Notes under the pieces: generated by a model
Seen by the model: only the letters and a program-made list of their open reading frames with translations
What the model was told of the DNA's origin: nothing
Database searches by the model: none
Part shown: in pieces, positions 40,712 to 50,400 of the stretch
Layout of the letters: every line of letters begins with the position of its first letter
Position numbering within the stretch: the first letter of the stretch is position 1
Source of the DNA: an uncultured Lachnospiraceae bacterium
GTDB lineage: Bacteria > Bacillota > Clostridia > Lachnospirales > Lachnospiraceae
Assembly (NCBI GenBank): GCA_947089905.1
Contig: CAMUMG010000003.1
Span: 206,442 to 270,441, forward strand
Direction: 5' to 3'
Length of the DNA stretch: 64,000 bases
Program-made: the position numbers and the translations under genes

Positions 40712-41317
40712 CTATTCCTCATTCTCTTTTTTTCCAATTGGAAGTCTTTTTTGTTCTACATTTTTATCAATTATATCCTTTGCATAATTCCAAAGTATTT
40801 CTGAACCCAAATGGGTATTTTGATTTCTCTGTAATACTTGTTCTAGTACTACTTCATGTTCTCTCCACGATCTTCCTTTGGTTTGATCATTTAATAAAAG
40901 AGGTTGCAGCTTATCTAAAGTAATCGCAAATCTAGCCTCTTTTGTTATTCCCTCTTCAAATTCATCCCATAAACTTCTAAGATATTCTGCCTGATCCTTT
41001 GGAAGCAAATGATAGATTCTTTCTGCCGCCGCTATCTCACGTACCTTTTTTGTTTTATTTGCAGCAGTATCATACGCATACGTATCTCCTGCATCAATTT
41101 CAATAATATCATGAATTAAAACCATTGTCATGGTTTTTAAAACATCAATCGGTTCATTGGAATATTCACTTAACAATACACACATCAATGCTAAATGCCA
41201 AGAATGTTCTGCATCATTTTCTTTTCTGCTTCCGTCTGCTAGATAAGTCTGTCTAATTATCTTCTTTACCTTATCTACTTCCATTAAAAAATTCATCTGC
41301 TGTTTTAACCGTTCCAT
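40712..41317 (-). CDS. HD-domain phosphohydrolase (YfbR-like 5'-nucleotidase family)
   Basis: 201 aa. ENDAEHSWHLA and LIHDIIEIDAGD metal-binding motifs. Confidence 0.8.
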   Translation of the reverse strand: MERLKQQMNFLMEVDKVKKIIRQTYLADGSRKENDAEHSWHLALMCVLLSEYSNEPIDVLKTMTMVLIHDIIEIDAGDTYAYDTAANKTKKVREIAAAERIYHLLPKDQAEYLRSLWDEFEEGITKEARFAITLDKLQPLLLNDQTKGRSWREHEVVLEQVLQRNQNTHLGSEILWNYAKDIIDKNVEQKRLPIGKKENEE

Positions 41318-41340
41318 TTTTTCTCCTCATTTCACATTTT

Positions 41341-41664
41341 TTATGACATAAAGCCAATAAAATATAAGCTTAAATATAAAATCATCAACAACCCATTTAT
41401 AATGACACCCATTAGGGGCGCAATATAATAAATATCTTGTTCTTTAAAGCCAATATATCCTAAAATAAAACCAATAATAGAAAGAAAAAAGGATGAAAAT
41501 CCTGTCAGTCCAATCCAAGAACCACTGTTTCCTCCTTGACTACCAGAGATTCCTACTGTAATGAAAAATAAGATCAAAACAAAACAACCAATTATTACAG
41601 AAAAATTTCCTCTTACTGAATGTTTCCGTCCTTTGAACTTAAAGCTCTCTCTTTTTCTAAACAC
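41341..41664 (-). CDS. Small membrane protein
   Basis: 107 aa with three hydrophobic segments. Overlaps the upstream vanZ-like gene by 8 nt. Confidence 0.55.
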   Translation of the reverse strand: MFRKRESFKFKGRKHSVRGNFSVIIGCFVLILFFITVGISGSQGGNSGSWIGLTGFSSFFLSIIGFILGYIGFKEQDIYYIAPLMGVIINGLLMILYLSLYFIGFMS

Positions 41665-42199
41665 TATTCTCCCCCTGTTTTCCCTCTTTTTGTTTTAGAT
41701 TAGTATGACGTCTTAATATCCATCTACAAAATCGATAAGTAAGAAAACCTATAACCCCACCTATTGTATTTAAGAAAAGATCATCTACATCAAAACAGCC
41801 AATTTTATAAAATAGCTGAATACACTCGATTAATAAACTAAAACAAAATGTTGCTATTAAAACCCGAAATAATCGATTATCCTTACTACTTAACATTGGA
41901 AGACAAAAACCATAGGGTGCAAACGCCAAAACATTTCCAAAAATATTTACCAAAAAACCTTCCAACCCAATTTCTTTTCGATAGGTAATAAATCGGCGAA
42001 TTTCTCGGAATAATACTAGATTATAACGATACTCTTCTGTATTTCCTGATCTTCCAAACCGTTCACTAAAAAACATAAAATAAGATATCCCAATTAAATA
42101 TAAAATAAAAAGCAGCCAGCAAACTGCCCTTATGAGAGTACGAGTTTGTTTTTTCACTAAAAATCTCCAATCTAATTCATAGCTTTTCTTATTATACAC
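41657..42199 (-). CDS. VanZ-family membrane protein
   Basis: 180 aa with 4-5 TM helices. NIFGNVLAFAPYGF and DVDDLFLNTIGGVIG motifs. Confidence 0.75.
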   Translation of the reverse strand: MYNKKSYELDWRFLVKKQTRTLIRAVCWLLFILYLIGISYFMFFSERFGRSGNTEEYRYNLVLFREIRRFITYRKEIGLEGFLVNIFGNVLAFAPYGFCLPMLSSKDNRLFRVLIATFCFSLLIECIQLFYKIGCFDVDDLFLNTIGGVIGFLTYRFCRWILRRHTNLKQKEGKQGENSV

Positions 42200-42242
42200 T
42201 AGCCTAAAAAGAGTTGCAAGGGTTCTTTTAATCGATTCAAAA

Positions 42243-42283
42243 GAGCTGTTACAAAATATTGTTTTTCTATTTTGTAACAGCTC
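42243..42283 (-). terminator. Rho-independent terminator after the Big_2 surface protein gene
   Basis: Perfect 15-bp stem GAGCTGTTACAAAAT / ATTTTGTAACAGCTC with an 11-nt loop. Confidence 0.75.
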
Positions 42284-42308
42284 CTATACTACTTAAAAAG
42301 AAATGTTT

Positions 42309-44963
42309 TTATTGTACAGATACATACCTTGGTGTGTTTAAAGGAATATCTGCTTTATTGTTATAAATGTCATATAGCTCATTACTTGTGACAATATAAT
42401 AAATATTAGTAGAAGAAGTTGGATTTACTAATGATATGTATAAAATTCCATCGTAAAGTACAGTAGAACAAGCAACTGGTACTCCATTGAGATAAACAAT
42501 CACTTCACAGTTTCCTGTGATATTTTCTGAAAATTCTACTTCTATTGAAGAAGTTGAGGTAAGCCTTGAACGTTTAATATATGGTGTTACATTCTCTACC
42601 AATCCAAACTGTCCTGTATATTCTTGTAACGGTCCATAGGAACCGGCATATCCACTCACTCCTTTTAATACAAATGGATAACTTGTTGAATAAGGAAAAG
42701 CACCACTTGCAAAGGTCAGTTTGATCTGTGAATCCGTTTCGGTCTGGGAAACACATTCTGCACTAATTGGATAGGATTCTCCAAATTTATAGTTAGATAA
42801 ATTTGTTATAGAAGTCAAATCTAACTTATTATTAAAATATAAATTTATGACACTTGGGTTAGTCAGATCCTGTTCAATTCTTGTTGGCTTTGGAAGCGTC
42901 ATAGAAGAATCTCCTGTGCGGTTTGTTGCAACAGATTGCTGTTTTGAGAAGTTTTCAAACTTATCTATAACAAGCCCTTCTGGTAAAGTAAAGGTATAGA
43001 CTCCGCCTTCTGTTCCCTCTCCTACATCAAAGGTAAGTACAACTTTAGAATCCCTAGAAGAAGCAGTATAGTGGAATGTTTTACTTAATATTGTTCCATC
43101 ATTACCATGAACTTTAGCCGTAATTGTTCCTGTAATTGCACTGATTGTCACTGGTTCACTATAAGTTAAATTGAGTACTGTTTTGGATACGTTATTTTCA
43201 GTTGTCGTTCCCATCTCTGCTTTAATGACAGAAGGAGGCTGTGTATCCAGTGTAAAATTGATGTATCTAGTTTCATTTGCACTCTGGAAGGTATTTGCAT
43301 TTACACTTGACCAATTAGTCAGACTTACCACCTGATTTCCTGTCAGATTTTTTAAGGTATCTGGAATGGTATAGTAGACAATTTTTTGATCCTTCTCATC
43401 AATAACGCCTTGAAGTTCTACATTATTTAACATAAGCCTTCCGCCATAAGTAATAGAACGATCAAATGTTGCCTGAAGTAAACTCTTTGAAGTTCTTTTA
43501 ATCTCTATTAGTTTTGCTAATGGTTTTACCCCTGCGTCGGTATAGACATTGACACTTGTAATCCAAGGATCGGCAAGATTTCCAGCCATATCTTTAATTC
43601 CTGTCATTTGAACGGCCGCACCCATTTTTTCAACGCCGCCATAACTTAAATCAATTAAAATAGACTTTTTATCATCACTTAAACGATAATTTGTTTTCTC
43701 CTGAAGCAGATATTTTAATGTATCATTTAATGCACCATTAACACTGACAATTTGTAGTCCGCTTATATCCAATGCTTCATTAAATGTAATCGTATTCAGA
43801 TATCCTGCATCATCAACCGTTGTTTTAACATAGTTTGGCCCTGTTTTATCTTTTAATTCACATTGTTTTGTATATGCAGCAATACTTCTACCATCTACTG
43901 TCTTTACATTTTCTGATATCGTTATAATATAGGTTCCGTTAAATTGTTCTGTCGTTGTCAGATAAAGTTTTGTTTTATCTTTACTTATCTTAGGAACAAT
44001 CGTTCCTACAGATGCTGCGTTACTTAATCCAGTCACAAACACCGTTCCTGAAATGAGACGTTCTGTTCCATCAATAACTGAAGTATCATCAATCGGAGTA
44101 CTAAAAGCAATCTCTAACTCTCTGGAACTATTTAATTGAATAGCAAGTACTTGAGGTGCTATATTCGGTGTTGGGGTTGGAGTTGGAGTCAAAATTGGTA
44201 CACCTGTTGGAATTGGGGTTGGTGTAATGTTTGGAGTAGGAGTAATAGGTATACCCGATGGAACTGGTGTTGGGGTTGGAGTGTATATTGGCGTTGGGGT
44301 TGGAGTTGTAACGTTTCCTTCCTTTGGCAAGATTAATAAAAATACGGAATCAACTGCTTTATTTCCATCTCTTTCTGAATCACTTTGATTTACTCCAAGA
44401 CGTACCCAAAGTTTTGTTACTCCGGGTTTTAATGCTGTCACTACACCAGAACTTGAAACTTTTGCATATTCTGTATCCTCTACAGAAAAATACGCATAAT
44501 CTGTTGTATTAGAAGGTGATTTTTGCCATGTCGTAGTAAATTTTTCTCCGACAGAGAGCACTTGTGCATTCATTTCTGAAATATCCAAATTTTTAAATTG
44601 AATCGATGTTCCTTCTACCCGTTTTTTTACTGTAACATTACAAGAGAGCGTTTTTGTTGAATTATCACTAAATGTCAACTTACATTTTACTACTGCCTTT
44701 CCTGCTGCAACCGCTGTTATAACCCCTCTGCTGCTTACAGTACAAATAGATTTTTTAGACGACGACCAGACCATAGAAACAGCACTGGAAGCATCATTTA
44801 CTGTAAGGGTTGCAGTTCTTCCTACCACAATACTAAGCTTTGTCTTATTAAATGCAGGGTCATTAGCAGCATATATTGATGTTGGTGCTGAAAATAACAC
44901 TGTAGTTATAAGAAGCAATAGGGCAAGTACGAGGGAAAATACTCGAAAACACTTTTTCTTCAT
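42309..44963 (-). CDS. Secreted surface protein with Big_2 (Ig-like) domains, a Pro/Thr linker and many further Ig-like modules
   Basis: Start at MKKKCFRVFSLVLALLL (ATG 44963). Big_2-like segments (SSKKSICTVSSRGVITAVAAGKAVV and EYAKVSSSGVVTALKPGVTKL). PT-rich linker encoded at about 44160-44325. Confidence 0.7.
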   Translation of the reverse strand: MKKKCFRVFSLVLALLLLITTVLFSAPTSIYAANDPAFNKTKLSIVVGRTATLTVNDASSAVSMVWSSSKKSICTVSSRGVITAVAAGKAVVKCKLTFSDNSTKTLSCNVTVKKRVEGTSIQFKNLDISEMNAQVLSVGEKFTTTWQKSPSNTTDYAYFSVEDTEYAKVSSSGVVTALKPGVTKLWVRLGVNQSDSERDGNKAVDSVFLLILPKEGNVTTPTPTPIYTPTPTPVPSGIPITPTPNITPTPIPTGVPILTPTPTPTPNIAPQVLAIQLNSSRELEIAFSTPIDDTSVIDGTERLISGTVFVTGLSNAASVGTIVPKISKDKTKLYLTTTEQFNGTYIITISENVKTVDGRSIAAYTKQCELKDKTGPNYVKTTVDDAGYLNTITFNEALDISGLQIVSVNGALNDTLKYLLQEKTNYRLSDDKKSILIDLSYGGVEKMGAAVQMTGIKDMAGNLADPWITSVNVYTDAGVKPLAKLIEIKRTSKSLLQATFDRSITYGGRLMLNNVELQGVIDEKDQKIVYYTIPDTLKNLTGNQVVSLTNWSSVNANTFQSANETRYINFTLDTQPPSVIKAEMGTTTENNVSKTVLNLTYSEPVTISAITGTITAKVHGNDGTILSKTFHYTASSRDSKVVLTFDVGEGTEGGVYTFTLPEGLVIDKFENFSKQQSVATNRTGDSSMTLPKPTRIEQDLTNPSVINLYFNNKLDLTSITNLSNYKFGESYPISAECVSQTETDSQIKLTFASGAFPYSTSYPFVLKGVSGYAGSYGPLQEYTGQFGLVENVTPYIKRSRLTSTSSIEVEFSENITGNCEVIVYLNGVPVACSTVLYDGILYISLVNPTSSTNIYYIVTSNELYDIYNNKADIPLNTPRYVSVQ

Positions 44964-45229
44964 TTCTAACCTCATTTCTTTGCTGTACACAAACTTGATT
45001 TTTTCTCTGCCTTTATGACAGAATGTTATAAAATTCCTTTTCTTCCTATCTTTTCTTTTAAATCATATTCAGCATATATGTCAAAAGTATGATAAAATTC
45101 TTTCAATCTTATGATCTCTGTTACAAAAAGGGGATGTCGCACTAAGGAAACCATATATAAGATATTGTAAATTTTAATATTAATACTATATCTTATATGT
45201 TTAACGCTTATTGTGACATCCCTTTGTAA

Positions 45230-47665
45230 TTATTGTCTTAGTTCAATTCCAAGCTCTGACAATCCTTTTAAAATCTTATTCATTGTTGCAGTGATTTCCT
45301 TCTCCTCTAAAGTCTTATCTTTCGCCCGAAAACAGATAGAATACGCCATAGACTTATATCCTTGTTGAATTTGTTCTCCCTCATAAATATCAAACAAATG
45401 ATAACTTTCCATATGTTTTCCGCCCTGCCTGCGAATGACTTCTTCAATTTGACCTGCTAAAATCTCTTTCTTTACTAGCATACTAATATCTCTTGTCACT
45501 GCTGGAAATTTTGCAATACCCATATATTTAATTTCAAAATTTGCCAGTTCTGTAACCTTTGGCATATCTAAAACAGCAATATAGACCTTTTCTCCAATTT
45601 CATAACGGTCAAGTACTTCTGGATGTACCTCTCCTAAATATCCTATTGACTCTTGCTCATAGTAAATCTCTGCACGACGTCCCGGATGGAAATAGTTGCG
45701 GTTTATATTTGGCTGATAGGTTAAAGGTTTCTTTATTCCTATTTTCTCTAAAAACTCTTCTACTACTCCCTTTAAATCATAGAAATCTCCCTTTCCATAC
45801 ATTCCAAGAATAAACTGCATCCTTTCATCTGGAAGTTTTGTACTATCTTCTTTTGGTAGATAGATATTTGCCAGTTCATAAAGTCTTACGTCTTTATTTC
45901 TACGGTTGTAATTGGTTGCTAAAGAAGATAACATTCCATTGAGTGGAAGAGTTCTCATAATGCTATAGTCTTCTCCTAAAGGATTTGAAATTACGATAGT
46001 TTGTCTTAATGGATCGTTAGGCTCTAATAAAAGTTTATCAAATACCTTTGGACTTTCAAATGAATAAGTCTGTGCTTCTGAAAATCCAAACTGTTGTGCT
46101 AAATCTCTTGCCATACTCTCTAAACGCAGTTTAAAAGAAAGTCTGCCTGTCATGGCTTCTCCACTTGGCAAAGTAACAGGTATTTTATCATAGCCATAAA
46201 ATCTGGCTACCTCTTCATCTAAATCTGCCTGACAGGCAATATCTTGTCTCCATGTTGGAACTATGACTTCATCTGTAGCTTCGTCATATTCTAAATCGAT
46301 CTTTTTGAAATAAGAAATCATTTCTTCTTTTGGAATATCTGTTCCAAGAAGACGATTTGCATGGGTATAATCAAACTTTACACGAGTTTTTTCTCTTTTG
46401 TTTGGATAAATATCTACTGCTCCACCGACTACTTCTCCAGCATTTAATTCTTCAATAAGCTGACAGGCACGGTTCATCGCTTCCATTGCGGTATTTGGAT
46501 CTAATCCTTTTTCAAATTTTGCTTGAGCATCTGTTCTCATTCCAAGTTTCTTTCCAGACAGACGAATATTAGTTCCATCAAAACAAGCAGCTTCGAATAA
46601 AAGTGTTTTAACATCATCTGTTACTTTTGAATTTTCTCCACCCATAATTCCAGCAATTCCAATCGGTTTTTGGGCATCACAGATCATAAGAATAGAAGAA
46701 TCCAATGTTCTCATCTGTCCATCTAATGTCTGAAATTGTTCTCCCTCATTACTGCGTCGAACAATAATCTTTCTACCTTCAATCTGATCTAAATCATAGG
46801 CGTGCATAGGCTGAGAGTATTCTTCCATCACATAATTTGTAATATCTACAATATTATTGATTGGACGAATTCCATTTGCTGCAAGTCTTCTCTGCATCCA
46901 AGCAGGGGATGGTGCAAGTTTAATATTTTTTACTACCCTTGCTACATATCTACTGCAAAGATCAGGATCTTTTATTTCTGCTGAAATATAATCAGATACA
47001 TTCTCTGAATTACCCGTTTCTTTTATAACAGGAGGTATAAATTCTTTTTTAAATGTAGCGGCAGCCTCTCTTGCAATACCAAGAACTCCAAAACAATCTA
47101 CTCGATTTGAAGTAATTTCATATTCGAATACAATATCGTCTAAACCTAAAGCAGAAATAGCAGAAGAACCCAACTTTAATTCTTGATAAACAGGATTATC
47201 ACTAAAAATATAGATTCCATTTTCAGGAGCATCTGGATATAATTCTCTTGAAGAACCTAACTCTTCGATAGAACAAAGCATTCCATTTGATTCCACTCCC
47301 CTTAATTTTCCCTTTTTAATTTTTACTCCACCGGATACTTTCTCTCCGTCATGTCCTCCTGCAACACGTCCTCCATCTAATACAACTGGAACAACATCTC
47401 CCTCTTTGACATTGGGAGCACCTGTCACAATCTGGACACTCGCTCCTTCTTCGTCAATTTGTACCTGACAGATAACTAATTTATCTGCATCAGGATGTTT
47501 TTCTATTTTATTGATTCTTCCTACAATAATCTGATCTAAATCTGCATCAAGTTTCTCATATCCTTCAACTTTTGTTCCTGTCAAAGTCATAGCATCCATA
47601 TATTCTTGCGCATTACAATCTAAATCTGGCACATAGGCACGAATCCAAGAAAGTGGTGTATTCAT
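45230..47665 (-). CDS. pheT: Phenylalanine--tRNA ligase beta subunit
   Basis: Start at MNTPLSWIRAY (ATG 47665). tRNA-binding, B3/4, B5 and FDX-ACB regions are recognisable. Confidence 0.92.
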   Translation of the reverse strand: MNTPLSWIRAYVPDLDCNAQEYMDAMTLTGTKVEGYEKLDADLDQIIVGRINKIEKHPDADKLVICQVQIDEEGASVQIVTGAPNVKEGDVVPVVLDGGRVAGGHDGEKVSGGVKIKKGKLRGVESNGMLCSIEELGSSRELYPDAPENGIYIFSDNPVYQELKLGSSAISALGLDDIVFEYEITSNRVDCFGVLGIAREAAATFKKEFIPPVIKETGNSENVSDYISAEIKDPDLCSRYVARVVKNIKLAPSPAWMQRRLAANGIRPINNIVDITNYVMEEYSQPMHAYDLDQIEGRKIIVRRSNEGEQFQTLDGQMRTLDSSILMICDAQKPIGIAGIMGGENSKVTDDVKTLLFEAACFDGTNIRLSGKKLGMRTDAQAKFEKGLDPNTAMEAMNRACQLIEELNAGEVVGGAVDIYPNKREKTRVKFDYTHANRLLGTDIPKEEMISYFKKIDLEYDEATDEVIVPTWRQDIACQADLDEEVARFYGYDKIPVTLPSGEAMTGRLSFKLRLESMARDLAQQFGFSEAQTYSFESPKVFDKLLLEPNDPLRQTIVISNPLGEDYSIMRTLPLNGMLSSLATNYNRRNKDVRLYELANIYLPKEDSTKLPDERMQFILGMYGKGDFYDLKGVVEEFLEKIGIKKPLTYQPNINRNYFHPGRRAEIYYEQESIGYLGEVHPEVLDRYEIGEKVYIAVLDMPKVTELANFEIKYMGIAKFPAVTRDISMLVKKEILAGQIEEVIRRQGGKHMESYHLFDIYEGEQIQQGYKSMAYSICFRAKDKTLEEKEITATMNKILKGLSELGIELRQ

Positions 47666-47696
47666 AATTTCCCTCATTTCTGCATTGTGTTTTCAT

Positions 47697-48716
47697 CTAA
47701 AATTGTTTCAAAAATCTAGTATCATTTTCATATAACAATCTCATATCATCAATTTCATATTTTAATAATGCAATTCGCTCTAAACCGACGCCAAATGCAA
47801 AGCCAGAGTATTCTTTTGGATCAATTCCGCTCATTTCTAATACTCTTGGATGCACCATTCCACAGCCTAAAATTTCAATCCATCCTGAACCTTTACAGAA
47901 TCTGCATCCACTTCCTCCACATTTAAAGCAGGTAACATCTACTTCCGCAGATGGTTCTGTAAATGGGAAATGATGCGGTCGAAATTTTACTTTTGTTTCT
48001 TGTCCAAATAACTCTTTAGCAATCTGAGCAAGTGTTCCTTTTAAATCAGCAAACGTGATATTTTTATCAATAACCAAGCCTTCGATCTGATGAAAGCTTG
48101 GTGAGTGTGTAGCATCTACTTCATCTGAACGAAAAACACGACCTGGCGCAATGATACGAATAGGAGGCTTCTTTTGTTCCATCACCCGCACCTGAACAGG
48201 TGAAGTCTGAGTACGAAGTAAAATACTATCTGTAATATAAAACGTATCCTGTTCATCTCTGGCAGGATGATTTTTTGGAATATTTAATGCCTCAAAATTA
48301 TAGTAATCGTATTCAATTTCCGGTCCTTCTACTACTTCATAGCCCATTCCAACAAAAATTCGCTCTACTTCTTCTAGCGCAATCGTATTGGGATGTCTGT
48401 GTCCCAACATTGGTTTTCTGGCAGGCAAAGTAACATCTATTGTTTCTGCCTTCATTTTCTCTTCTCTAAGTTTCTTTTCTAATGTACGCTTTTTTTCTTC
48501 TAATTTTTCTTCGATCATAGATCTTGCATCATTGACTAACTGTCCAAAAGCAGGTCGTTCCTGCGGTGCTACTTCTTTTAATGATTTTAATACTGAGGTT
48601 ATCTCTCCTTTTTTTCCAAGAAAAGCTACTCGAATTTCATTTAGTTTATCCAAGCCCCCAGCCGTATTAATTTGTGAAAGTGCAGCCTCTTTTAATGTCT
48701 GAAGCTTTTCCTTCAT
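47697..48716 (-). CDS. pheS: Phenylalanine--tRNA ligase alpha subunit
   Basis: Start at [10 protein letters not shown] (ATG 48716, GGAGG RBS). Class II motifs ([19 protein letters not shown] and [11 protein letters not shown]). Confidence 0.92.
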   Translation of the reverse strand: MKEKLQTLKEAALSQINTAGGLDKLNEIRVAFLGKKGEITSVLKSLKEVAPQERPAFGQLVNDARSMIEEKLEEKKRTLEKKLREEKMKAETIDVTLPARKPMLGHRHPNTIALEEVERIFVGMGYEVVEGPEIEYDYYNFEALNIPKNHPARDEQDTFYITDSILLRTQTSPVQVRVMEQKKPPIRIIAPGRVFRSDEVDATHSPSFHQIEGLVIDKNITFADLKGTLAQIAKELFGQETKVKFRPHHFPFTEPSAEVDVTCFKCGGSGCRFCKGSGWIEILGCGMVHPRVLEMSGIDPKEYSGFAFGVGLERIALLKYEIDDMRLLYENDTRFLKQF

Positions 48717-48782
48717 ATGCTTTCCTCCATTTCCGGCAGAACCTAGCCGCCACCGATTCTTTATTTTCTTTGGATAAAGGGC

Positions 48783-49063
48783 AAAAAAACTCCATCCCTT
48801 CACCCTGAAGGGACGGAGTTAGTTGTATCATCCGTGGTACCACCCTACTTTTTGTATATAAAGATAGCAACATGTCTTTATACACAAACACTCTTTAGCT
48901 GATAACGTATGCTAAACGTCATCTCCTACTTACCGAAAAATTCGGTTTCAAAGATGCAGCTCTGGTGGGAAAATTCAGTGATATTCTGAACGTAACGAGG
49001 CTTTCAGCCAATGACCTCATCTCTCTGAACGAAGTATATTACCTAGAAAACACCTTCATCGCC
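48783..49063 (-). promoter_or_regulatory. T-box leader RNA (Phe specifier) with an intrinsic terminator, controlling pheST
   Basis: On the minus strand, a GCGATGA K-turn start, an AGAGAG bay, and the T-box sequence AGGGTGGTACCACGG (plus 48832-48846). The terminator is AACTCCGTCCCTTCA/GGGTGAAGGGATGGAGTT plus a T7 run (48783-48820). The candidate specifier UUC followed by A is at plus 48988-48990. Confidence 0.85.
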
Positions 49064-49078
49064 TTTGATATGTTTTTT

Positions 49079-49106
49079 ATTTTAACATAAAATACAATCT
49101 TGTCAA
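49079..49106 (-). promoter_or_regulatory. Putative sigma-A promoter of the pheST T-box leader
   Basis: Minus strand: TTGACA (49106-49101), 16 nt, TGt-TAAAAT (49084-49079). Confidence 0.5.
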
Positions 49107-49196
49107 GAATATATTTCGTGAGAAACATATGAAGAAAACTTTTATAAAGAAAATGTTTAAAAAGCAAACGATTCACTCGTTTCTTGTGAAATATAG

Positions 49197-49844
49197 CTAC
49201 TTTTTGTCGTATTTACAGTAAATGAAATAAGAATAGATAAATAACAGTAAAACCCCTAAAAGAAACCATACAAATGTAGCTATATATATTTGTTTGTTTC
49301 CTAAAATACCTCCTAAACAAAGAAGTAGTCCTAAAGTTACAAATAGATATCCTCCTAATCGGTTTGTTTTTTTCCAACTTATCTCTCCTTGTAATGTGAA
49401 AGGAGTTCGTATACCTAAAAAATAATTCTTTCTAACGATAGGAAGGTAGTTTCCAAGTAATATAAGACAAAGACCAAAAAAGAAAGGAAATATTTGAAAT
49501 CTTTCTGTATTTTTTATATGTTCCTCAAAGGAAAAATATATTGTAACCCAGTTCATACCTAAAAATAAAAGGGAGAGTATAGATATTAAAATATCATAAA
49601 CATAGATATTTTTCCTTAAATCTGTCTTCATTGGTTCAATTCTTTTCAAAAACTTTCCAGAAAGATAACATAGTAAAGGTGAACTTCCTATCAGAAAAAT
49701 CCATTCTTTGTTTGTATATCTATCTGGTTGAAAATCAATATCAAAGTGGATTGGTATTTGTTCTGGAAGATAAAAATAACTGATACAGGTCGCAAGTAAA
49801 GAAATAATACAAATTCCTAAAATTATTATTGTTTGTCGTTTCAT
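49197..49844 (-). CDS. SdpI/YhfL-family membrane protein (immunity/signal-transduction type)
   Basis: 215 aa with about 6 TM helices. The N-terminal DUF1648-like part (LPEQIPIHFD) precedes an SdpI-like core. Immediately downstream of an ArsR/SdpR-type gene. Confidence 0.65.
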   Translation of the reverse strand: MKRQTIIILGICIISLLATCISYFYLPEQIPIHFDIDFQPDRYTNKEWIFLIGSSPLLCYLSGKFLKRIEPMKTDLRKNIYVYDILISILSLLFLGMNWVTIYFSFEEHIKNTERFQIFPFFFGLCLILLGNYLPIVRKNYFLGIRTPFTLQGEISWKKTNRLGGYLFVTLGLLLCLGGILGNKQIYIATFVWFLLGVLLLFIYSYFIYCKYDKK

Positions 49845-49858
49845 TCTTACCCTCCATA

Positions 49859-50122
49859 CTAATTATCTTTTTTGGTAAAGTCAAAAAACCATTTTACTAA
49901 ATCTTGAAACACTGTCATATTGAGAGAGTAAATAATATTTTGTCCCTGTCGCTCATCTATCACCAGATCTGCATTTTTTAAAATACTTAAATGATGGCTT
50001 ATCGACGGCTTACTGATTTTAAAATAGTCTGCGATCTCCCCTGCATTTTTATCCCCTTCGGACAAAAGCTCTAGTATTTTTCGTCTTGTTGGGTCTGCTA
50101 AAGCTTTAAATGCGTTATTCAA
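49859..50122 (-). CDS. ArsR/SdpR-family transcriptional repressor
   Basis: 87 aa with a TTG start. ALADPTRRKILELL...ISKPSISHHLSILKNADLV is a typical ArsR wHTH. Confidence 0.8.
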   Translation of the reverse strand: MNNAFKALADPTRRKILELLSEGDKNAGEIADYFKISKPSISHHLSILKNADLVIDERQGQNIIYSLNMTVFQDLVKWFFDFTKKDN

Positions 50123-50182
50123 TCGTTTTTCTGCTCCTTTCCTCTTTTTTTAATTTTTTTCTTTTTCTATAATCTATATAAC

Positions 50183-50211
50183 TTGACTATAATTTCTCTA
50201 TGTGTTAAAAT
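50183..50211 (+). promoter_or_regulatory. Putative sigma-A promoter of the RHH gene
   Basis: TTGACT (50183-50188), 17 nt, TGt-TAAAAT (50206-50211). Confidence 0.5.
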
Positions 50212-50232
50212 TCATTGCATGGAGGTGATTAT

Positions 50233-50400
50233 ATGGCTATTTCCAAAGACAAGACGGGTGTTCTTATAAATATGGACAAAACATTAAAAACCGAATTAGA
50301 ACGTCTTGCAAAAGAAGATAATCGTTCTTTAACTGGTTATATTATTAATATTTTAAAAAAACATGTTGATGAAATTAATAAAAAATCAGGTGTATTATAG
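50233..50400 (+). CDS. Small ribbon-helix-helix (CopG/antitoxin-like) DNA-binding protein
   Basis: 55 aa from ATG 50233 (GGAGGTG RBS). MAISKDKTGVLINMDKTLKTELERLAKEDNRSLTGYIINILKKH matches the RHH strand-helix-helix pattern. Confidence 0.6.
   Translation: MAISKDKTGVLINMDKTLKTELERLAKEDNRSLTGYIINILKKHVDEINKKSGVL

Noticed and set aside
44136-44336. Plus-strand Trp-rich ORF (WGWSWSQNWY...)
   Set aside because: It is the antisense reading of the PT-rich linker of the Big_2 protein, with no RBS.
48667-48891. 74-aa minus-strand ORF upstream of pheS
   Set aside because: It overlaps the T-box sequence and terminator of the pheST leader, so the region is explained by the riboswitch.
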